From a virus (Duplodnaviria > Caudoviricetes): DNA of 64,000 bases. The stretch is taken from the IMG/VR virus record IMGVR_UViG_3300027730_000005, one strand, 5' to 3'. Each line of letters begins with the position of its first letter. Position 1 is the first letter of the stretch. The notes beneath the pieces are model-generated. The model was not told the DNA's origin. It made no database searches and saw nothing but the letters and a program-made list of their open reading frames with translations. The position numbers were made by a program, and so were the translations under genes. Positions 57,426 through 64,000 of this stretch are shown here, in pieces.

Positions 57426-57648
57426 ACGATGCTCGTATGTATTGTTCTAGTTCAGGTGTATGCATGTCAAATAGCTGCAACACAGCATCGTATATCTCAA
57501 AATACTGGCAAAAACTTAGACCATACTCGATGCCCTTTAACGCATCCCAGGTATAGAGCTTTTGCCAGTGTTCAAAGTCAGATTCTGAAATCTTGAGATC
57601 TCTAGCATTGAAACGAGCACTCAGTTGGTCTACCATATTTTTAAACAT
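57415..57648 (-). CDS. Hypothetical protein
   Basis: 77 aa. Confidence 0.65.
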   Translation of the reverse strand: MFKNMVDQLSARFNARDLKISESDFEHWQKLYTWDALKGIEYGLSFCQYFEIYDAVLQLFDMHTPELEQYIRASYVV

Positions 57649-58339
57649 TCTTGCTCAATCTAAAAGTTTTTAACAAAACATAATACTGGTCTTGCTCACC
57701 ATAGAATGGTTTCCAGCTTGCATTACGTCCAGCAACTGATATACTGCCACTATCAAATAAACTATCCATGACTCCGTACAAACTATTTGTATGCCCAACT
57801 GCAACCATAACCGGGCAGTCCTGACAGTCACGAAACCAAAATTGAGTAGTATCGTGTGCCCGTCGATATTGCACTACACGTTCTACGCTATGCAAGTTCC
57901 AAACAAGTGGTCCAGGAGATTGTGTCCTCAGGCGTGCTGGTACTGGTTTTGTCAATTTCATCACGTTGGCCACAGCTTGGTCTTCATGATAAAAGTATGG
58001 CAAACGATACAGCATACCAACTTCGGCTTTGGTCAGCTCGTGATTGCCCACAAGAAATGCACCCAACTTGGCTCGCCAGTCAGACACTTTTTGATCACGT
58101 AGTTTTGCCATGACCAACTGATCCAAAAAGTGTTTTCTCACAGCAGCACCACACACACGGTCTTCTTCAGTGACCTCTGTGATTTCTTCAAGATCTGTCC
58201 ATAGTCCGTCTCCAGCATTGCCAATGCGCCAACTGGCACAACTCAGCACCACTGGATCGTCTTGAAACTTTAGTTTAGGACTGCTGGTATACGGATCTGG
58301 CAGGTTAACTTCTGTACTAGTATCAAACACAAATGTCAT
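57641..58339 (-). CDS. Hypothetical protein
   Basis: Start reset to ATG 58339. Confidence 0.7.
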   Translation of the reverse strand: MTFVFDTSTEVNLPDPYTSSPKLKFQDDPVVLSCASWRIGNAGDGLWTDLEEITEVTEEDRVCGAAVRKHFLDQLVMAKLRDQKVSDWRAKLGAFLVGNHELTKAEVGMLYRLPYFYHEDQAVANVMKLTKPVPARLRTQSPGPLVWNLHSVERVVQYRRAHDTTQFWFRDCQDCPVMVAVGHTNSLYGVMDSLFDSGSISVAGRNASWKPFYGEQDQYYVLLKTFRLSKNV

Positions 58340-58340
58340 A

Positions 58341-59006
58341 TCAATCCCAAAGATTTTGATAATATCGGCCGAACAAACGAAATCCATTTTGGATTCTATT
58401 TTCAACTACTTTCATTCCATCATAATCACATTTGTATGTGTTGTTAGGACCATCTTTCATTTGAAAAAACTTATGTTCACCTTTGGGCACTTCGTTACCA
58501 TGCACATCAACTGGAACCCACAGCATATCAATTTCGCCTTCACGGAAAGCATCTTCCCAGGAGTTGTCAACTTTGCACTCAAATGCAAAGATCATTTCGT
58601 TTATGACCCACTCCCAACGAGCAAAGTGGTTGCTGTCAGTGTCATACTCATTTTCTTTGGGGGCTGCTTCGGTGCTGCGTAGGCCAAGGCCTTCGGGCAG
58701 ATCTGAATCATCTACAAAGCCAGCGCCGTGTTGTTTTTCTTTCAGTTGTTTCAGCATGGGCAGGATGATGTGGGCCAGGGTATAATCCATGCTCCAAGTG
58801 TCATAGCGATCAATCTTCACATACTCAATCTTGGGATGCACAAAATCCAAGAACCGTTGTGCAGCCACACACAGTGGATTCAGTCGATTCTTCCACCGTT
58901 CAATCACAGGCTCGTCGTACTCAATCTCACGCCAGAAAAACACTTTTTCTAGTATGGTATACGGACTCAGCCAATGGTCACGATAACCAGATAGATATAC
59001 TTTCAT
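58341..59006 (-). CDS. Hypothetical phage protein
   Basis: 221 aa; DTWSMD.TLA..ILPML.QLK pattern. Confidence 0.8.
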   Translation of the reverse strand: MKVYLSGYRDHWLSPYTILEKVFFWREIEYDEPVIERWKNRLNPLCVAAQRFLDFVHPKIEYVKIDRYDTWSMDYTLAHIILPMLKQLKEKQHGAGFVDDSDLPEGLGLRSTEAAPKENEYDTDSNHFARWEWVINEMIFAFECKVDNSWEDAFREGEIDMLWVPVDVHGNEVPKGEHKFFQMKDGPNNTYKCDYDGMKVVENRIQNGFRLFGRYYQNLWD

Positions 59007-59188
59007 TTTTCAACCTTTTGAATTTCCCAAGTGCCATCGTTACGGTCAATCCATTTTAGATTGTCGCCGGTGTTCCATCCTGCTTCATCCAACATGTCTT
59101 TGGGAAATGGCAACACAAGATCACCACTGCCGTCTTCGGCTTGTTCCAATGTAACTGTCCAAATTTTGCAATTTTCTGTAGTCATCAT
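59003..59188 (-). CDS. Small AbrB/MazE-like fold protein
   Basis: DLVLPFP..ML...GW..GD.L.W. Confidence 0.6.
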   Translation of the reverse strand: MMTTENCKIWTVTLEQAEDGSGDLVLPFPKDMLDEAGWNTGDNLKWIDRNDGTWEIQKVEK

Positions 59189-59346
59189 TTGCTCCTGATA
59201 CGATCAAGCACCTGTTTAGCTTCACTGAAGTCACTGTGCTCTATTAGAGATTCTTCCAGCTGTTCTTGTAGTTTACAAATAGTTGCCTCCACTGGATACG
59301 GTTGTGACCAACGCACTGTGTATGATACCAGTTTGTAATCATTCAT
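59185..59346 (-). CDS. Small hypothetical protein
   Basis: Start reset to ATG 59346. Confidence 0.55.
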   Translation of the reverse strand: MNDYKLVSYTVRWSQPYPVEATICKLQEQLEESLIEHSDFSEAKQVLDRIRSK

Positions 59347-59347
59347 A

Positions 59348-60241
59348 TTATACCTCAAACGTTTGCAAAGTCCAAACGTCAGCCTGGTGTTCGTAACCAA
59401 TGTATCCACGTGGGTTACATACCACACGACATGAACCAATCATGTAATCAAAGTTATGATGGGTATGTCCATGTGTCCATAACTTGATCTGCGGATGATT
59501 CAACATCAACTCACTCAAGTCCGAACTATATGCGCCATTCATCATGACATCATCCTGGTACTGTGGTTTGGTACTGAGCTTGCTAGGAGAATGATGTCCT
59601 ACCACTACAAACTTCCCTGCGGGATTCTCTGCCACTGCTGCACGAATAACTGTGAGCATGGCTTTGTGATCTTCCACAGAATCCTCTGGTGTGAACGTAG
59701 CCGGCCGTTCGTGAAATGTCACAATCTCTCGATCGGGATCATCAGGAAACTTTGGATTAGGCTGGTAACCTTTGAATGTGATCATTCTAAGACTATTTTT
59801 GATGCAACGGTAATCATTCATCATTTTACGAATACTATACAAAGTATGTGGATCTTCTTGATTCATATCAGTCCACAGTGTACCGCACACAAAGGTCACA
59901 TCACCCAGTGTGATGGTTTCTTTTTCCAGCACATGAAGGTTCTTCAAGTAGGCCAGTTTTTCACGAAGGTGGGATATTGTGGTACCGTAGTCACCATGAT
60001 AATGTTCATGGTTGCCCACGATGTAAATCACGTGCTTGAACTGTGCTGCACAGTTTTCAAAAAATTCGTGATACTTATGGCTCTTGGTATGTTCGCCCAG
60101 GAGATTGTGAACGTCACGATCAGCTAGATCACGTGCCACACAGATATCGCCGCTGAGAATCAATACATCGGCACCTTCGGTGTTGTGCAGTTCAAGTGGT
60201 CCAAATTCCAAGTGTACATCAGATGCTAGTGCTATTTTCAT
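59348..60241 (-). CDS. Calcineurin-like metallophosphoesterase
   Basis: SDVHLE; SGDI; GNHEHY; GHH; GHTH. Confidence 0.92.
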   Translation of the reverse strand: MKIALASDVHLEFGPLELHNTEGADVLILSGDICVARDLADRDVHNLLGEHTKSHKYHEFFENCAAQFKHVIYIVGNHEHYHGDYGTTISHLREKLAYLKNLHVLEKETITLGDVTFVCGTLWTDMNQEDPHTLYSIRKMMNDYRCIKNSLRMITFKGYQPNPKFPDDPDREIVTFHERPATFTPEDSVEDHKAMLTVIRAAVAENPAGKFVVVGHHSPSKLSTKPQYQDDVMMNGAYSSDLSELMLNHPQIKLWTHGHTHHNFDYMIGSCRVVCNPRGYIGYEHQADVWTLQTFEV

Positions 60242-60584
60242 GTAATACTTTCAATTGCTGTTTCAATATGCTTAATGCAGCAGGGTCACCTTTGGCCACT
60301 GCTGCTTCTTTGTCTGGATACCGTTGTTCGAATCGATCTCGGATTTCTTCAATATTTCGTCCGGTACACACAAATTCTTTTGTAAAGTAATTATAACACA
60401 GAAATTGGTCATTTACAGGTTCAACTTCTAAAATAACCAAAGTTTTGTTGGCCACTCTTGTCAATATATCTTGTGCTTCGGGCGTGATCTCAACTGCTGG
60501 GTTTACTCGTACAGCTTGAAACAAAGAAACTATTACCCATCCAACAAGTATGCTTATCACAACTGGAAGTAAAAAGTCTAACAT
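60219..60584 (-). CDS. Hypothetical protein with N-terminal TM segment
   Basis: 121 aa. Confidence 0.65.
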   Translation of the reverse strand: MLDFLLPVVISILVGWVIVSLFQAVRVNPAVEITPEAQDILTRVANKTLVILEVEPVNDQFLCYNYFTKEFVCTGRNIEEIRDRFEQRYPDKEAAVAKGDPAALSILKQQLKVLHENSTSI

Positions 60585-60591
60585 ACAGTAA

Positions 60592-60900
60592 TTACCCCTG
60601 ACGAATTGATTCTAGTGTGATCATTTTGCCCAATTCACGCTCAAAGTCCAGATCATCTGGAATCACATAGTGACGGAATTGATTGTCATCCTTGCGTCGA
60701 TCGTAGTGTCGAAATGTTATAATCTTGCCACCTATAGCTGGCATCACAGTGATGTTCAAGCCTGTATGGCTATCAATATTGTCACTGTTACTACGAACAG
60801 CGGTAAATGTGTCAGGACTGGACAACCCGTATTTTTCTTGCTGGTCACAGTACTGATCTTCTTGTGCCCAACGAACGATCATGCGTTTAAACCATTTCAT
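60592..60900 (-). CDS. Hypothetical protein
   Basis: Start reset to ATG 60900 (ATGA overlap). Confidence 0.65.
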   Translation of the reverse strand: MKWFKRMIVRWAQEDQYCDQQEKYGLSSPDTFTAVRSNSDNIDSHTGLNITVMPAIGGKIITFRHYDRRKDDNQFRHYVIPDDLDFERELGKMITLESIRQG

Positions 60901-61349
60901 GCTGCTTTCCTTTGTGTCAAATATTGTTCCCACTGTACCCATTTATTCTTGACCAAGAATCCCCAATCACGTTGTTTGATACCTGGCATGAACAAGGTCC
61001 AGCATTGAATATCTGGATCCAGTTCAATCCTGTGATAGGTATTGGCCTTGGCTATACGGAAACTGCCTGCACCGCACCAACGAGCAATTTCACCCATTTT
61101 GCGACCTTGATTATCAAACTGTGGTTGCCATTCCCAATAGCCACCTTTCAAAATTAGTGTGGCAAAGGGCCATGGATGATCATGTACATCGTCCGGATCT
61201 GATTTCAAGAACTTATGCACAAAGATATTAAATGGAAACCAGTTGCGATCTTTGAGAAACACATAGTAGCGTTCCAAATAAGGCTCGTTGTCTACGCGAT
61301 CTTGAATAACACGATGCCGACCCAGTTTTTGAAAAATTTTCTTAATCAT
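60897..61349 (-). CDS. Cupin-fold protein
   Basis: VHDHPWPF..LILKGGY.E; YHRIEL. Confidence 0.8.
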   Translation of the reverse strand: MIKKIFQKLGRHRVIQDRVDNEPYLERYYVFLKDRNWFPFNIFVHKFLKSDPDDVHDHPWPFATLILKGGYWEWQPQFDNQGRKMGEIARWCGAGSFRIAKANTYHRIELDPDIQCWTLFMPGIKQRDWGFLVKNKWVQWEQYLTQRKAA

Positions 61350-61371
61350 TGATCAATTCCTTCATGATTGT

Positions 61372-61400
61372 ATTATACATGAACTGTGGTTATTGGGCAA
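61372..61400 (-). promoter_or_regulatory. sigma70-like promoter
   Basis: TTGCCC-17-TATAAT. Confidence 0.75.
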
Positions 61401-61402
61401 GA

Positions 61403-61429
61403 AAAAACCCTGCATTGAGCAGGGTTTTT
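61403..61429 (-). terminator. Rho-independent terminator
   Basis: AAAAACCCTGC-loop-GCAGGGTTTTT. Confidence 0.8.
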
Positions 61430-61452
61430 GGTGTGGAACCTAGTTAATAGGA

Positions 61453-61719
61453 TTAGACCAAACCAAGTGCCATTGCTCGGTAACCAGCAGCCACCAACTT
61501 GCGGCTGGGCTTGCCAATCACGTACTCAGTGACTTGCACACCATTGCCAGCTTTACGGTTGTTGGCATATACTGCAAATCCGGCTTGACGAACGCGGCTA
61601 ACTTCGGCGCTCATGTTCTTGATGCCAAAACGCTTTTCAGCAGCAGCAGGGGTCACTGCTTCGCCATTTTGCAAGGCGGTGAACAGTTTAAAAGTTTTGG
61701 TGTTTTCGCTAATACGCAT
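61453..61719 (-). CDS. Small winged-helix/HTH-like protein
   Basis: ALQNGEAVT...FGIKN.SAEVSRVR.AG; GGAG SD. Confidence 0.65.
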   Translation of the reverse strand: MRISENTKTFKLFTALQNGEAVTPAAAEKRFGIKNMSAEVSRVRQAGFAVYANNRKAGNGVQVTEYVIGKPSRKLVAAGYRAMALGLV

Positions 61720-61763
61720 GTTTTTAATCTCCTGTAAAGTTGCTGTTGCCACAGCATGATCTT

Positions 61764-61792
61764 AGTATAAGCGATCTGTCATATCAATGCAA
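61764..61792 (-). promoter_or_regulatory. sigma70-like promoter
   Basis: TTGCAT-17-TATACT. Confidence 0.6.
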
Positions 61793-61869
61793 CATTTTTG
61801 GCAATCAATTTTGCCAAAATGTTTAGAAATAAACGGCGCACATAAATAACAATGTAACCGGAGGCACCC

Positions 61870-62301
61870 ATGTTACACACCATAACACAACCCAACGAAT
61901 ATCTACTGTCTTTGATAAAAGATGATCCTGTACGTCCAGAAATTCCTCTCAGCGACCGTGTGAATCACAACAGTCGAATTTATGTCTGGATGAATGGTGA
62001 CGAAACTGCTGCTGTGACTTGTGTAAAGTTTCTAGAGTCAGTTCCTGCTGCTGTGGAAGATATGGCCAACATGGTCGAGAGTGCCACCACAGCGGTATTT
62101 TATACCATCTGGAGTTATGCTGCCGGTGCTGGTCGTGTGTTGATCCAAGAAGCTCAAAAGAGCATAGAGACTGAATTTCCGGGCATACAGACCTATGTGA
62201 CCTTGAGTCCCAAAACCGAAATGGCTCGGCGTTTTCATCTCAAAAATGGTGCTCGAGAACTACGCGAAAATCTCAACACCATCAACTACATTTATAAGTG
62301 A
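61870..62301 (+). CDS. Hypothetical protein (weak GNAT-like motif)
   Basis: YTIWSY..GAGR.LI; GGAGG SD; TAAATA upstream. Confidence 0.7.
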   Translation: MLHTITQPNEYLLSLIKDDPVRPEIPLSDRVNHNSRIYVWMNGDETAAVTCVKFLESVPAAVEDMANMVESATTAVFYTIWSYAAGAGRVLIQEAQKSIETEFPGIQTYVTLSPKTEMARRFHLKNGARELRENLNTINYIYK

Positions 62302-62367
62302 TTAGATAAATAAAATACACACACATCACACACACTTTCTATATTCCACAAACTAATAGGAGGGTGT

Positions 62368-62889
62368 ATGTACCAGGAATATCTAATTTATTGGATCCAT
62401 AGCGATCAAGAAACCAGCATAGAAACACAAGGCTATGTTGGTATTACTAAAGACCTAACTCGCAGACTTAAAGAACACAGAAGAAAACACAACTTTCTGG
62501 ACAACAGAACGGTAGATGTTTTTCTTTATGGTGATAAACTCTATTGTAAACAAATAGAAAAATCATTGCGGCCTAAACGCAATGTTGGGCTAAACATTGC
62601 CGAAGGCGGTGGGCTCCCCCCAAATGTGAAGGGTATTAAACGGAGCATGGAAACCAGGGCCAAAATAAAAGCCAGCATGGTTGGGTTTAAGGGCCAAACA
62701 CATTCGGAAGAAACCAAAGCAAAGATGAGATCAGTAAAAAGAACTCCACATTTACATACAGAAGAAACTAAAAAACGGTTATCAGAGATTGCCAAAAATC
62801 GAACAACGCCCAATTCTATGTTAGGTAAAAAACATTCCCCTGAAACAATAGAAAAAATAAGGGCCAAGGCCAAAGCTCGATGGACATAA
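62368..62889 (+). mobile_element. GIY-YIG homing endonuclease with NUMOD3 repeats
   Basis: LIYWI...GYVGIT..L.RRL.EH; G..HSEETK repeats. Confidence 0.85.
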
Positions 62890-62893
62890 AAAT

Positions 62894-62915
62894 GAAAGCC
62901 CCGCAAGGGGCTTTC
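62894..62915. terminator. Bidirectional terminator
   Basis: GAAAGCCCC-GCAA-GGGGCTTTC between convergent genes. Confidence 0.8.
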
Positions 62916-63254
62916 TTATACTTGCTTGATATGTCTGCAATCACCGCGGAAACGAAATCCTGAGCAGGTACAACTATAGCTGCCATCAAGTTCTGTGACT
63001 TTGTACTCATCGCCTTTGCTACCTTTTACAGTCCAGGTACGGCCTTCGGGTTCTTTCAAACCAGTCGCAAACTGCACTGGATTCACCACAAACTTGCGAC
63101 CACGGGTATCAATACGGATAAAGTTTTTAAACGTTTTGATGTCGTCTGTGACGCGGGGCCGGAACGCATACATCTTGGTCTTGCTATCATCCAGCAAGTA
63201 GATGCCGTTGGGAACAGAGTCCTTGTAGTCGGTTGTTTCGGCAAACCATTTCAT
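62916..63254 (-). CDS. SWIM zinc-finger protein
   Basis: VKGSKG..Y.V...CTC.GF.FR..CRH. Confidence 0.85.
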   Translation of the reverse strand: MKWFAETTDYKDSVPNGIYLLDDSKTKMYAFRPRVTDDIKTFKNFIRIDTRGRKFVVNPVQFATGLKEPEGRTWTVKGSKGDEYKVTELDGSYSCTCSGFRFRGDCRHIKQV

Positions 63255-63263
63255 TTTGATTCC

Positions 63264-63431
63264 TTAGCTGAGTCTACGGGCATTACGTTGATATTGATAT
63301 TCACGTCTAAGCCACCATTTGTATCGAACAAAGTATTCTTTAAAAGTATGGCGAGGTTGGCCGTATCCATCCAGCTCGTCGCAGTTTTCACGCCATAACT
63401 CAACCAACCAATGTCGAAATGACTGATTCAT
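63264..63431 (-). CDS. Small hypothetical protein (55 aa; not in ORF track)
   Basis: MNQSFRHWLVELW...KWWLRREY...*. Confidence 0.6.
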   Translation of the reverse strand: MNQSFRHWLVELWRENCDELDGYGQPRHTFKEYFVRYKWWLRREYQYQRNARRLS

Positions 63432-63433
63432 GT

Positions 63434-63655
63434 TTAGTTCCCGCCTTTAGTAGAGATACTAGTGTTAACCAACAGATTGAACAGGAACTGTAGACCCCAC
63501 GCCTGAAGCCACGTGATCTCGTTGACGCCATTGATGGCACCAACCAAGCACCCGTTCCACAGCATCCAAACAGGCCAACTCAACAGGAAGGACAGCAAAA
63601 ACAGGCCTGCAATCACAGTAACGATTGTTCCAATGGTCTCAGAAATTTTTATCAT
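63434..63655 (-). CDS. Small membrane protein
   Basis: Hydrophobic; ITWLQAWG motif. Confidence 0.7.
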   Translation of the reverse strand: MIKISETIGTIVTVIAGLFLLSFLLSWPVWMLWNGCLVGAINGVNEITWLQAWGLQFLFNLLVNTSISTKGGN

Positions 63656-63676
63656 GATATTTTACTTTATGATTAA

Positions 63677-63949
63677 TTAAGCAACAGACAGCATGTTAGC
63701 AGGCACACGCCACAAGCCCTGCGGTGTACGCACGGTGACAAACTTGATAGCAATCTTGTCCACGGTGCCAACAAAAGTCAGACCATTTTTGGTGCTGGTG
63801 AATTTAACTGTGGCACCCAGCATGAGACTACGCTTGGTTTTTTGTGTGAGTTGAGCCCGAGCATATTTCACAGCGTCGATGATACTGGTCAATTGGTCGT
63901 TAGTAAAATTACCATGCAGGATTGCGGTGTTGATTGCTTTGATATCCAT
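63677..63949 (-). CDS. Hypothetical protein (SH3-like C-terminus)
   Basis: GTVDKIAIK.V.V...G.WRVPA; GGAG SD before ATG 63949. Confidence 0.7.
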   Translation of the reverse strand: MDIKAINTAILHGNFTNDQLTSIIDAVKYARAQLTQKTKRSLMLGATVKFTSTKNGLTFVGTVDKIAIKFVTVRTPQGLWRVPANMLSVA

Positions 63950-64000
63950 CACAGACTCCTTTTTGCTGAACATGTGTATATTATAGCCGATCTTGTGTTT

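Noticed and set aside
1-64000. Stop-codon recoding (seen in some large phages)
   Set aside because: Known proteins are full length under code 11, and TAA, TAG and TGA all terminate genes.
1-64000. tRNA/rRNA genes, integrase, transposase, reverse transcriptase/DGR
   Set aside because: No cloverleaf/T-loop signatures or relevant catalytic motifs recognised by eye; a tRNAscan/Infernal run would be needed to exclude RNAs.

Overview
This window is part of a large tailed dsDNA phage genome (jumbo myovirus-like), not a cellular chromosome. It uses the standard genetic code, genes are densely packed and often translationally coupled, and nearly all lie on the minus strand. No tRNA, rRNA or CRISPR array was recognised. 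(1) 1-14.6 kb: about a dozen genes, most starting with a shared M-R/K-x-x-E-F-(I/L/V)-x-E leader resembling the T4 capsid-targeting sequence. They encode a lysozyme, a NUDIX hydrolase, a ParB-like protein, ART-like proteins, a modular 569-aa protein and a 2006-aa multi-enzyme protein. (2) 14.6-31 kb: glycosyl- and nucleotidyltransferases, an HNH homing endonuclease, ClpA, DnaJ, a four-gene Gram-negative lysis cassette, PhoH, a clamp loader, GroES and a stand-alone DnaE fragment. (3) 31-43 kb: baseplate/tail-fibre genes, including a ~550-aa collagen-like repeat. (4) 43-64 kb: host-like genes (ErpA, SOD, IF-1, NadE) and many small early genes driven by strong sigma70-type promoters, with paralog arrays whose conserved C-termini encode the next gene's ribosome-binding site. 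T4-like late promoters (TAAATA) often sit 4-5 nt before start codons, suggesting leaderless late mRNAs. All product calls come from motif recognition by eye; no database searches were run.
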